A program made the translations under genes and the position numbers. A stretch of 64,000 nucleotides of DNA from Octopus vulgaris (Eukaryota). Location: positions 169,322,001-169,386,000 of the forward strand of contig OX597814.1 of NCBI GenBank assembly GCA_951406725.2, given 5' to 3'. Below are positions 13,721 through 25,885 of the stretch, piece after piece (position 1 is the first letter of the stretch; each line of letters starts with the position of its first letter). Under the pieces are notes generated by a model. It saw nothing but the letters and a program-made list of their open reading frames with translations, was not told where the DNA came from and did not search any database.

Positions 13721-14218
13721 ATTATTACTATTATAATAATTATTATTATTATTATTAAAAAGACAATGGATTGGCATTATTGCCTTTCTTCTTTTGGGGT
13801 GGTCAATAAAATAAGGTATCACTTTAGTACAAGGGATGATATAATCAACTCACACCCTGCCCCTAAAACTGCTGGCCTTATGCCTAAATCAGAAACTCAA
13901 AGGTGGCAGGCAAATTGGCAGAATTGTTATAGCATTGAAAAAATGCCTTGCAGTATTTCTTCCACTTATTTTACATTCTGAGTTCAAATCCTGCTGGGGT
14001 CATGTTTGCCTTTCATCCTTCCTGGGTTGATAAATAAATGTATTTCTCAAGTACTGGGATTGTTAGCCTTGAAATAACTGCCTCTCTTCACAATGACTGG
14101 CCTTAATCATAAATTACAAACATTTGTTATTGTTACAAAGTCTGTGAATGACTGAATTGGTAGTGTGTCGGTCAAAATACCATGCCATTTTTATTTAGGT
14201 GCTTACCACATTTTCCAG

Positions 14219-14479
14219 ATGCGTGGCTTAGTAGTTAGGGTGTCAGCATCATGATCGTAAGATTGTGGTTTCGATTCCTGGACCAGGTGATGCGTTGTGT
14301 TCTTGAGCTAAACACTTCATTTCACATTGCTCCTGTCCACTCAGCTGGCAAAAATTAGTAACGCTGCGATGGATTGGCATCCCATCCAGCTGGGGAACAC
14401 ATATGCCATCGAAACTGGGAAACCAGGGCCATGAGCCTGGCTAGGCTTTAAAAGGGTGCATTTATTTATTTATTTATAT
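14219..14479 (+). mobile_element. family C tRNA-headed SINE with V-domain-like core and 12-bp TSD
   Basis: A-box TGGCTTAGTAG, B-box GGTTTCGATTCC, CTGCGATGGATTGGCATCCCATCCAG (V-SINE-like), (TTTA)n tail; TSD CACATTTTCCAG at 14207-14218 and 14480-14491; sister copy 43969-44215. Confidence 0.85.
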
Positions 14480-15404
14480 CACATTTTCCAGCATACAAGC
14501 CAAATGTTTCAGATCAAAATTTACAGTCAAAATGGTTGTTCAACTTATATATACCAAACTGAGTATGAAGGGCTAAAGATTTCATGTGAAATGCAGTAGG
14601 ATTTATAAAGATAGTGATGATGTTTAAATGTTTATACTACATGGTTATATTATACACTACATTAACTTATATGTTGGAAAATACAGTATACACTCATGAG
14701 TTCATATTGTGCTATAGTCAGTTTTGCCTTTTATCTGTCCAGTGGAGTGGGTGATAATATAAAGTACGAGTCAAGTTCTAGAGTCAATAAAATCAACTGT
14801 TCTTTCTCTGGAATATGAGACCTCGTGTCTCTGTTAGTAATCATTATATCATCATCATCATCATCATCATTATTATTGTTATTATTATTATTGTTGTTCA
14901 TATATAATAAAGAATTAATAATAATTATTATTGTCTTTTTTTATTTATTAATAATTATATATTAATACAAAAACAAATACACTTGAGAAAGAATTACAAA
15001 CAACTAATGTGTTCCTGGCAAAATGCCACAGAAATGTACAAACAATGACTGGATTCTCAGATGGAAATAAAATCAATATGTATTACACCTTCCTCTGAAT
15101 ACTATAAGAATAATAATATCGGCTTGTTAGTTCAACACTCGGTGTTTGTGGAAAATTCCCAGCTGATGTTTACATAAATGAGAATGAATGAAGAAGCATA
15201 TGAAATTCTTGTGCAAATGGAAATTGTGATATTGTTTTATTCATTGAGTAAAACCGTTTTGGCTTCCTTCTACTCTGTTAATGAACGCGGAACAGCATGA
15301 ATGTCACAACTTCACATTTCCTTATTTTCTCTCTTGTGATAATAAAGAGGCAGTTATTTCCCCACCTTTATTTTTAGCGTGTGAGCAATCACGGCCTTAG
15401 TGCT

Positions 15405-15617
15405 GTTGTTGTTGTTGGTGGTGTTAAGCAACAAGACGGGTAAGGGTGATTAGGTGATGGTGTAGGGCTTAGGGGTGGGAGACCCCAGACCTTGGAAAAA
15501 TAAAACTATGGTCGTCTTGTTGCAGTCGAGGGCTCTTCGTTGACGCCCGACACCACTGGGAGGTGGCCCTCGAAGTCGCTGGAAATGGAGATCTCCTGGT
15601 CCGAATTCTTGAACGGC
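15405..15617 (-). mobile_element. short GC-rich retro-insertion with (CAA)n tail and 11-bp TSD
   Basis: TSD GCCTTAGTGCT at 15394-15404 and 15618-15628; (GTT)n at the left end. Confidence 0.75.
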
Positions 15618-15769
15618 GCCTTAGTGCTTATTTAATAAAAGAAAAAAGGCCCTAAACAAAAGCAGTATGACATGGTTTGTTTTCATATCTGGTTTGCAAA
15701 ATTCATTATGTGAATTTGTGTGTTGAAACAAATTTTGTTGTGTCTAGGGACGGTCATTATGCCAATGTT

Positions 15770-16045
15770 ATCAACACATGCACTGGTTGAATTTCATTCC
15801 TTTATTATTAGTCACTTGGTTAAATATCCAACTAATTGGTTGTTTTGTTTAATTTGGTTAAACAGTGAGTCATTTGTTTTGCCTTTGTTTGTCAAAGCTC
15901 TTTTGTTGCTACTTGTAACCTTTCCTAAAACAAAACAAATGATTTTCTGTTTAACCAAGTTCAATGAACAATTGATTAGTTAGTTGGATATTTAACCAAT
16001 TGACTAATAATAATAGAGTGGAATTGAACCAAAGTGTGTGTTAAT
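15770..16045. mobile_element. old MITE-like element with ~70-bp imperfect terminal inverted repeats
   Basis: TATTATTAGTCACTTGGTTAAATATCCAACTAA vs TTAGTTGGATATTTAACCAATTGACTAATAATA. Confidence 0.6.
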
Positions 16046-16951
16046 AATACTGGCAACCTTGGGCAAGTTTCTTCTCTCTTTAGACTCAGCAAAATGTGGC
16101 ATAGTTGTTATTGATTAACTTCTGCTCAGCTGGTACCTGAGGAGACCTACGGTCCAATCCATTCCAGCTATGACTGTCCAGTCATGTTTATCTAGAATTA
16201 CATTTTCCAGTATAGGTGCAGGTGTAGCTGTGTGGTTAAGAAGCTCACTTTGCAACCAGGTGGTTTCAAGTTCAGTCCCACTGCACAGCACCTCAGGCAA
16301 GTTTCTTCCTTTTATGGCCCTCAGCTAACCCAATGCTTTCTGAGTGAATTTGATTCACAAAAACTGTGGAAGCTCATTCGTATACACAGACACACACACA
16401 CACACACACATATATACAATCTTTTATTCTTTTATTTGTTTCAGTCATTTGACTGCAGCCATGCTGGAGCACAACCTTTAGTCGAACAAATTAACCCTGG
16501 ACTTATTCCTCGTAAGCCTAGTACTTATTCTATCGATCACTTTTGCTGAACCGCTAAGTTACCGGGGATGTAAAGACACCAACATTGCTTGTCAAGCGAT
16601 GGTGGGGGACAAAATTTGACTGAGGACTGGCAGGACAGTAAGCTGCACTAGGCTCCAATCTGATCTGGCAATGTTTCTACAGCTGGATGCCCTTCCTAAT
16701 GCCAAGACAACCACTCCGAAAGAGTGGTGGGTACCTTTTACATGCCACTAGCATGGGAGCCAGTGAGACAGCACTGGCATCAACCATGTTCGGATGGCGC
16801 TTTTTATGTACCACTGACACAAGAGCCAGTCAAGGAGGCACTAGCATCGACCACTTTTGGATGGTGCTTATTACGTGCCACCAGCACAGGTGCCAGTCAG
16901 GTGGCACTGGTATTGGCCACAACTTTATATGTATATGTATGCGTGTGTGTG

Positions 16952-17003
<52 letters not shown>

Positions 17004-18115
17004 ATTAATTAATAAGGGTGAGAGAATTAGATACTAATTTAATAGTATATCTATTCAACACCAAGTGGCCTAGTGCTCCGAGAAACCTGGATTATTATAA
17101 TATATTATAATATTTTTACAAAATAAATATAAGAGAGTGGTCACTATATGGCTCACTCTAGCACCAGTTAATCCAAAAGGTTTCAACCACAAAAATACAT
17201 GTTTATATATATATATGTGAGTGTGTGTGTGCTTGTGTTTGTCTCCCACCACTGCTTGACAGTTGGGGGTTGTTTATTTCCCCTCTGTAACTTGGTGGCT
17301 CAGCAAAAGTGATAACTAGAGTAAGTACAAGGCTCAAAAGAAAAATAAGTACTGGGGTTGATTTGTTCAACTAAATCCCCTCAAGGTGGTGTCCCACCAT
17401 GACCACAGTTGAAAAAATGAAATGAAACTAAAAAAAGACAAAAAGATGAAAAAAAAAATGTCTTTTCTTTTTCAAGATGGTAGGATGCTCTATGAGAGGG
17501 ATTTGGCTTGCTATATCTGGCAATTCAGATGACTGCTAAGAGGTTTCCCTGTTGACTCAGAAGCAATGAATAGGTATAATCTGTAGACAGGTTACCAAAC
17601 AGATTTGCATTGTCCTCTCTTCCTACATTTAGAGTTCACATCCTACGAAGAATGGCTTGTATTTTATTTATTGATCAGGATTGATAAAGTAAGTAACTGT
17701 ACTATAATGGAATTAATATACTTGACTATATATCCCCTATTCTATCCTATTGATTTATTGATTAATGACATTTGTTTATTCACCAGGGCAGCATCTTAAA
17801 CCTCAGAAGCAATTGTATTGGACTCCATATGTGTATGTATAGAATGGTTGTATGTATGTAGAAGATTTGTATGAGTGTATATATGTGTGTATGTATACCA
17901 TATGCAGATACCACAAAAGTGAATAGACACAGTCATTTTTGAAAGGTTTATTTCTAGAAACAAAATGATATCATTTGATGGATTTAAATAGTTGATCGAG
18001 TATTTAGTAGATGTGCCTTGTGCATGTTATATTGACAAGTTTGAGGCACCAAACAGTGTCCATGTAGATAAAATGGTATACTTAGGGAAGTCTATTTAGT
18101 TTTGAAATGTGTGTG

Positions 18116-18181
18116 TAAAACATTTATATTCATACTTACACACAAACAGTGAGAGCATAATAAACACGAAATCAGTGTCCA

Positions 18182-18216
<35 letters not shown>

Positions 18217-18228
18217 TGCGGAAGAGAG

Positions 18229-18276
<48 letters not shown>

Positions 18277-18366
18277 TGTGTGTGTCTGTGTGTGTGTGTG
18301 TGTAAAACATTCATATTTGTACTTACACACAAACAGTGAGAGCATAATAAACAAGAAATCAGTGTC

Positions 18367-18397
<31 letters not shown>

Positions 18398-18635
18398 AGT
18401 GCGAAAGAGAGAGAGAGTGTGTGTGTGTGTGTGTGTGTGTGAGTGTGAAAGAGAGAGAGTGTGTGGGTGTGTGTGCGAGAGAGAGTGTGCGAGAGAGAGA
18501 GAGTGTGCGAGAGAGAGAGAGTGTGTGTGTCTGTGTCTGTGTGAGTGTGTGTGTGTGTGTGTGTGTGTAAAACATTCATATTCGTACTTACACACAAACA
18601 GTGAGATCATAAAAAACAAGAAATCAGTGGCCTCT
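18116..18635. repeat. three ~67-bp conserved units separated by variable (GT)n/(GA)n spacers
   Basis: TAAAACATTCATATT.GTACTTACACACAAACAGTGAGAGCATAATAAACAAGAAATCAGTG at 18116, 18303, 18568. Confidence 0.9.
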
Positions 18636-18759
18636 GTGTGTGTGTGTGTGTATGTGAATGAGTATATTGATCACTGTATCAATCAACCTACCTGCATCAT
18701 CTTCTTACACTCATACGCTCACATATGTTCATTTATTCCTCTCTGTCTCTGTGCACTAG

Positions 18760-18876
18760 GTATTTGATGCCAGAAGCTACTTCTGTCACTAATCCTTGCC
18801 TGTTATCAAGAAAGAGGCTTTTTATTCTAAAGAAAAGAGTTTTGAAAGTGCACAACAGCCAGAAAGTGCAGAATAG
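18760..18876 (+). other. candidate spliced exon (117 nt, symmetric phase 2-2)
   Basis: pyrimidine tract TTTATTCCTCTCTGTCTCTGTGCACTAG| and donor AG|GTAATG; one open frame YLMPEATSVTNPCLLSRKRLFILKKRVLKVHNSQKVQN; product not recognised. Confidence 0.35.
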
Positions 18877-19046
18877 GTAATGGGTGGGTGTATATTCATA
18901 TTTCAGGATTTCATTAAATGATAATGAGGATAAAAGTACTGCTGCTGGAACCACATAAAAGTTGCCCATTACACTCTGTGGAGTGATTGGTGTTAGGAAG
19001 GGCATCCAGCTGTGGAAACCATATCAGAACAGACAACGGAATTTGA

Positions 19047-19207
19047 TGCAGCCTATGGCCTTACCAGCTGTGGTCAAACTGTCCAACTCATGCCAGTATG
19101 GAAAACGGATGTTAGATGATGATGATAATCATTATTATTTAATGTCCATCTTCCATGCTGGCATGGGTTGGACAGTTTGACCACAGCTGGTAAGGCCATG
19201 GGCTGCA
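19047..19207. repeat. fold-back inverted duplication of an RTE 3' tail
   Basis: GGCCTTACCAGCTGTGGTCAAACTGTCCAAC vs GTTGGACAGTTTGACCACAGCTGGTAAGGCC around a (GAT)/(ATT) centre. Confidence 0.9.
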
Positions 19208-19255
19208 CTAAGATCCATTGCATGTATGTTTGTCAGTGAGTGCATGTGAGTATGT

Positions 19256-19287
<32 letters not shown>

Positions 19288-20061
19288 GAAGGTATACATA
19301 TGGATGTGGAGACACACCCATATATTGGTTTGTTTTTGCGCTCATTTTCCGTGGTAGCATCAATACTGAGTTATTATTTTATAATCAAATGCCCTTCCTG
19401 TTGTGCTCTCTGACATGCTTTTCAAGCAAGGGATCTCTTCAAAAGCACAAAGCTACTGAATAATTTATTGACAGACGAACAACAATAAACTTCAATGCTT
19501 ACAGCTTACATATTATTTTGCATGGGAAGTACACACAATGTAAATATTCACATAGACACATACACACATATTCATATACATACTTACTAGTCAACAGAAT
19601 TTTAAAAAAAAGTTTGTTATTTCTATATTGAATCAACTTCGGAATTAATCTCAAAAATTTTTTTCCTCTTCAGTAGAAAATACAATAAGAAATAAATGAA
19701 ATACTTACATGCACCCATGGAAAAAAAGCCGAAGCAAAAGTCATGAGTACACATAAGTACCCCAGTTAAATCTAAATATAAAACCCTTTGGCTAGCCTTA
19801 GCACACGTGTGAACTGTTCTCCACTACAGCTTATAGTGGTTACCAGTCCCTATAGGGAAAAGTAATAAATCTACTACTAATATAGGATGAAGCTTTTTTA
19901 CAGAAAAAAATTTCATCAAAAAGTGGCAGCATATCAAAATACCTTTAAAAGTTAAAATTATAAACAACTTATAAACAAGGGCAAAAGAAAATTATTTCCA
20001 TGCCAATATATACTAATTTTACAGTATAAATTGATTTGCCTAATAATGGTTTTATCTCTAA

Positions 20062-20113
<52 letters not shown>

Positions 20114-20115
<2 letters not shown>

Positions 20116-20352
20116 ACAACTTATAAACAAGGGCAAAAGAAAATTATTTCCATGTCAATATGCTGATAACAGACTCTTAAATTGTCAATTTCCACATATC
20201 ATTATATACTCACTGTTGACTAGCTTCCTGATTTCAATACAACATATTTCTATAGTGAGTATATAATGATATGTGGAAATTGACAATTTAAAAGTCTGTT
20301 ATCAGCATATTGGCATGGAAATAATTTTCTTTTGCCCTTGTTTATAAGTTGT

Positions 20353-20354
<2 letters not shown>
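20114..20354. repeat. ~101-bp-arm inverted repeat embedded in (TA)n
   Basis: arms 20114-20214 and 20254-20354 with 2 visible mismatches; partial direct copy at 19964-20016. Confidence 0.95.
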
Positions 20355-20411
<57 letters not shown>

Positions 20412-20667
20412 GTTCAAATTTACAGAAAAACAAAAGATGAAGACAGGTGTTGGAACAACAAGCAGGTGTATTGGTTTAACACTTTGGAAAAATGGAGAAG
20501 TCTTTTACATTTCCTGCTTATGCTCTTCAACAGAAAAGAATAAGAAGAAAAAATGGAGAGAGAACAACTGTGAAATTCAGCAGTCCAACATGGTGAGTTG
20601 ATTCTTTTATTCTTATATTCTTTTATATGTTTCAGCGTTGTGGCTGTGGCCATGCTGGGATAATAAA

Positions 20668-20698
<31 letters not shown>

Positions 20699-20803
20699 TG
20701 TATGTATGTATGTATGTATGTATATATATGTATATGTAGGTCCCGGGTTGAGTCGGGGTTAACCACAGTAAATAAGGTACTCAATACATAGCAGAGTAAA
20801 TTA

Positions 20804-20914
20804 ATTTATTTTATAGAAGGAGCTTCTACAGGACTAGAACTGTTTCATTCAAAAGAAATCATCTTTTGAATGAAACAGTTCTAGTCCTGTAGAAGTTCCT
20901 TCTATAAAATAAAT
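20804..20914. repeat. 53-bp-arm hairpin with 5-nt loop
   Basis: arms 20804-20856 and 20862-20914, one G:T mismatch, loop AATCA. Confidence 0.95.
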
Positions 20915-20928
20915 ATATATATATATAT

Positions 20929-21311
20929 AGGTGCAGGAGTGGCTGTGTGGTAAGTAGCTTGTTTACCAACTACATGGTTCCGGGTTCAGTCCCATGTGCG
21001 GCACTTTGGGCAAGTGTCTTCTACTATAGCCTGTGAGTGGATTTGGTAGACGGAAACTGAAAGAAGCCCATCGTATATATGTATATATATATATGCGTGT
21101 GTGTGTTTATGTGTCTGTGTTTGACCCCTAGCATTGCTTGACAACCGATGCTGGTGTGTTTATGTCCCCGTTACTTAGCGGTTCGGCAAAAGAGACTGAT
21201 AGAATAAGTACTGGGCTTACAAAAGAATAAGTCCTGGGGTCGAGTTGCTCGATTAAAGGCGGTGCTCCAGCATGGCCGCAGTCAAATGACTGAAACAAGT
21301 AAAAGAGTAAA

Positions 21312-21313
<2 letters not shown>
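20929..21313 (+). mobile_element. family A SINE, young near-complete copy
   Basis: A-box TGGCTGTGTGG, B-box-like GGTTCAG, CTTTGGGCAAGT (CORE-like), internal microsatellite, tail GTAAAAGAGTAAAAGA; further copies at ~2003, 16214, 22195, 23850, 28806, 37283, 43280, 47816. Confidence 0.92.
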
Positions 21314-21348
<35 letters not shown>

Positions 21349-22759
21349 CTTTTAAGTGTTTAGAAATCTGATGATCATATGTCTCAAAAGTTTTTCTGAC
21401 ACATCAAATATTCATTATAATTTAAGAATTTTATCATTTCAGTGTCAGTGCATTAAGAACTACTCGATCGACTAATGTTTGCTTCATGTTTCTTTCATAT
21501 TTCTTTTGCATGGATACATCATCAGTATAGTTATTTTTTATTTTTCTATTACCCCTTTCATTTTGCTTATGCCTTTTCTGAAGATATACTTAAATATGTA
21601 TTTTTCAATTTTATTTTTGTTTATTTCGTTTTGGCTATTCAATATATAATTTACAAAAATTGCTGGGTTTTTTTTTTTTTTTTTTTTTTGTTAAATAACA
21701 CTGAAATAACAGAGAAAATGAGAAAGAAGAAATTTGAAAACAAAGTTTTTGTAAAGCTAATTTAGTACAGCTTAAATTTTCTAGTGTGTGATAATAGCAG
21801 AAAATTAGTTTTGATAGGTTTTTCAAAACTCAATATAGTATATCCAAAATGATTTGTGAAAAATCTGATTAACATTTGATTTAAAATATTTTTTTTTTCT
21901 CCTCTCATTTCTAGTGGTATTATGTTCACAATTTCTGAAATGTATTTCCTATTTCATATTATCATCAAAATCATCATCATCATTATTATTATTATTTTGC
22001 TTCAATATATTTTCTCTCCCTTCAAATAAATGACTGCCATAGAGATAATATGAGAAAGAATATATTTAATTTCAAATAATATATTTTAAGGTCCTCTCTC
22101 TCTCTCTCTCTCTCTCCTTCAACTGCTTCTTTTTGTCATCTGTCTAGTGCAATTCCTACCCTCCATTTTTTATCCATCCATTATCTTTTGTCCTTGACTT
22201 GTTTCAGTCATTTGACTGTGGCCATGCTAGGGCACTGCTTTGAGGGATTTTAGTCAAACCAAGCAACCCTATTATTATTATTATTATTATTATCATCATC
22301 ATCATCATCATCATTATTATTATTGTTTAAAAACCTGGTACTTATTCTATTAAACTCTTTTGCTGAGCTGCTAAGTTACAGGGATGTAACCACACAAAAA
22401 CAGGTTGTCAAATGATGGTGGGGGACAAATACAGACACAAAGACACACACACATAGATATAAATTCATATACATATACGATGAGCTTCTTTCAGTTTCCA
22501 CCTACCACATCCACTCACAAGGCTTTGGTTGGCCCCAGGCTATAGTAGAAAACATTTGCCCGATGTGCCACACAGTGGAACTAAACTTGGAACCTTGTAG
22601 TTGGGATACAAACTTCTTACCACACAACCATGCCAGTGCTTATATATTTATATAATCAAAAAGCATGTTCTTTGTCCATCTCCTTACCTTCTTGGAGGTT
22701 TTAGGTAAAATTATACCAAGGTGTCCAACTGTTTTAATTTAATTTAATTCTATGTATTT

Positions 22760-22847
22760 ATGCAGCTGAGGATTGCTCTGCATTTAAATTGTTGTAATGA
22801 TTGTATTGTTCAATTAAATGGAGTCACTTGAAACGATCATACTGCAT
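22760..22847 (+). ncRNA. type I hammerhead ribozyme motif within a (TA)n-terminated repeat (~22730-23105)
   Basis: stem I ATGCAG/CTGCAT, core CTGAGGA 22766-72, long stem II (CATTTAAATTG..CAATTAAATG), GAAA 22830-33, near-palindromic stem III ACGATCAT, cleavage triplet AUA. Confidence 0.6.
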
Positions 22848-23060
22848 TACCTCTGGATATTCTGTTGCTTATTTTGATTTTAATCACCGTATTTTGAAAC
22901 TGTATGGATAATACCGTACTAAATTCTGGTGCCTCAACTTAAGTACCTAATTCATCTGAATCTAAATTTTTGCTTATATATATCGTCTATCTGGATGTTT
23001 TGTTGTCACATTTTTGTATCACCTAACTGTCTGGATGTTTTGCGTTCTTGTCCCATTTTG

Positions 23061-23108
<48 letters not shown>

Positions 23109-24496
23109 TAGATAGATAGATAGATAGATGGATATATAGTGGTGTACATACACTTTGGTCTCTTATATGTAAGTATACATTTTTCTAAATCTTGTACAGC
23201 TCTATTTCTGTCTATCAGCCCTTTCACGCTCCACTCTTCGTTCTTTCATTCCCCCTCTCTCACATTTCTTTGCCTTCTCTTCTTGCTCACTTTCCCTCCA
23301 CCTTTCACTTCACTGTGTCCCTGTCATTTTTTCTCGCTCCTCCTTAATTCTTCTGTCCCTCTGCCTCTACCTCTCTCTCTTCTCTTCCCACATGACCGGT
23401 GTTCAGCCAAGACTGATCTTTCTTTCTTGGTCTGGCCATTGTCCGTGCAACATTGATATTCCTCTCTGTGCCTGTAAAATCTTGTATCCCTGCGATAACA
23501 CTTTATTTCCACATATGTCAGCTTAATTTAATTCTTCCTTACTCGAAAGACACCTGTTGTTATGTCCTGCTATTATTTTTATTGTATCTGTGTAAACATT
23601 ATCTGTTTTTTTCCATCCTTGTTTTTGTATACATTCGCTGCTTTCTTCCAAGGAATCTAATGCAAACTGTCAAATTTAGCCCAAACACCATGTATATTCA
23701 TCAAAACCAGGCTAGCATGGAAAATTGGGTTTAAAAACAAATCACAATATCTTCTCTCTGCGCACCAACCACACACTTGCATACACTCAGCAGCATGGCT
23801 ACAGTCTTTGGGTTGAAATGCATAAAAAAATAATTGAATGTATATATTATTTTATTCTTCTACTTGTTTCAGTCATTTTGACACTGGCCATGCTGGAGCA
23901 CCACCTTAAAGGTTTTTTTAATTCTTTTTTTAGTCAAAGCAATTGACCCTAGGACTTATTCTTTGTAAGCCTAGTACTTATTCTACCAGTCTCTTTTGCT
24001 GAACTGCTAAGTTATGGGAATGTAAACACACCAACACTGGTTGTCAAGCAATGGTGGTAGGGACAAATGGTGGTAGGGACAAACATAGACACAAAGACAC
24101 ATACACATAAATATATGTGTGTGTGTATAAAATGAGTTTCTTTCAGTTTCTGTCTACCTGATCTACTCACAGAAATTACTTGTCCAAGGTGCCATGCAGT
24201 GGGACTGAACCTGAAACCATGTATTGAGAAATAAGCTTCTTACCATGTAGCCGTGCCTGTGCCTTTTCATAAATACACATATAGTTTATTGTTTTGTTAA
24301 GGTGAGATCAACAAAAAGATAGTCCATCTAGTATGAGATGAATATCATTTAATGTATACAGTATAAAGATATTATTTGTTTGCTATGGAATCACATGTCT
24401 AGACAGGTTTTAATACCACACCTTATGTCTCCAAGAAATCTTCAGGTCTGAGCACATGCTCTGCTCTATTTGAAAATCAGGATGTGGATACATGAG

Positions 24497-25132
24497 AAAC
24501 TAGAAAAGCACTCGGAGAGCGCAAACCTCCGCCAAGCAGCTCATTTCTACCCATATACACGTATGCTGAAAATCCCCCACTTTCCCAAACCAACGCCGGC
24601 AAAAACATAACTTCATTGGTGGGGTTTAAAAAAAATAACACAGCCATATAATCTTTAAAAAAAACCCTTTAAAAACAGGAATCATCTGAAGCAGTTATAA
24701 TACATCAATGACAACAGCAAGCTAGTTTCACCATACAACTAAAAAGAAACAACAATTACCTAAAACTTGAGTGATACACACACAACACAAGTAAAATTAC
24801 TAATAGAGAAAAGAAAATAAACTTTGGAAACAGCAACACCACCATAGGTTACATTGAAATGATGAACGTGTTTCCAAGGGAGATAATCAGAGAACGTAAC
24901 GTTGTAATACTTCATGTAAAGTAAATATAACAAATGAAAAATCCTTCAAGAATCCATAAAGATTTCCGGATCACTACCAAAATTTCATCATCTGTTCCTT
25001 GTGTCATTACCAATTTTTTCTGCAAGTTTCATCAAATACAGTTCACAACTTTTTGAGTTATTTTGCACAGAGACGGACAGACGGACAACCAACGCTGATG
25101 AAAACATAATCTCCTTCCTTGGTGGAGGTAAT
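24497..25132 (+). mobile_element. non-autonomous Helentron/HINE-type rolling-circle element
   Basis: subterminal IR ACCTCCGCCAAG (24525-36) vs CTTGGTGGAGGT (25118-29), AAGTTTCATCAAA box, (GACA)n and AAAACATAA near the end. Confidence 0.7.
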
Positions 25133-25399
25133 CACGAGAAAAAACTTTTATTAAAATGTTATTAAAACCTGCCTAGACACGTGATTCCACAGCAAGAAAC
25201 TGTTAGCAACTTGTAACTTTATCATGTGTACATTAAATGCAGAATAGGTAGATGTACCTACCAACACTACCATCAATTGCTGCATTCTTGTTCTTATTGC
25301 TATTATTACTAATATCACCCAATGTCTGGTCAGACAAAGGAGCGTGGTCTTATACAAAACTATGAGAGAATGTATAGGAGGAATGTATAAGAAATAGAA

Positions 25400-25421
25400 A
25401 GAGAGAAAAGATGGAAAAGAT

Positions 25422-25463
<42 letters not shown>

Positions 25464-25885
25464 AGTGCAAGAGTGAGCAGGAAAAGAAATAGATGGAGAG
25501 TAAGGTGGGAAAAGAGGAGACAGTAAAAGAAACAGAGAGGGAGAGAAAAAACAGATAAAAATTGTGGAAGAGAGGATGAAAAAATATGAATGAAAAAAAG
25601 CTAAGAAAGAGAGAAATAAAGAAGAGAAGAAACTGAGGGAAGAAACTGAAGAAAAATCAGGAGAGAAGAAGAGAGAGAAAGAAAGAGAGAGAGCACAATA
25701 GTGAGAAGGAAAAGAAATAGATGATAAAAAGAGAGATAAAAAAGCAGGTAAAAATTGTGCAAGAGAGGATGAAAAAAAAAATGAATGAAGAAAGCTAAGA
25801 AAGAGAGAAATAAAGAAGAGAAGAAACTGAGGAAAGATCAGGAGAGAAGGAGAGAGGGAGAGAGAGAGAGAGAGAGAGAGAAAGA
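25400..25885. repeat. polypurine tract with ~190-bp internal duplication and (GA)n
   Basis: AAAATTGTG.AAGAGAGGATGAAAAAA..GCTAAGAAAGAGAGAAATAAAGAAGAGAAGAAACTGAGG at ~25557 and ~25750. Confidence 0.85.

Noticed and set aside
18116-18635. CRISPR-like repeat/spacer appearance
   Set aside because: Eukaryotic context, units too long, spacers are microsatellites of unequal length, no cas genes.
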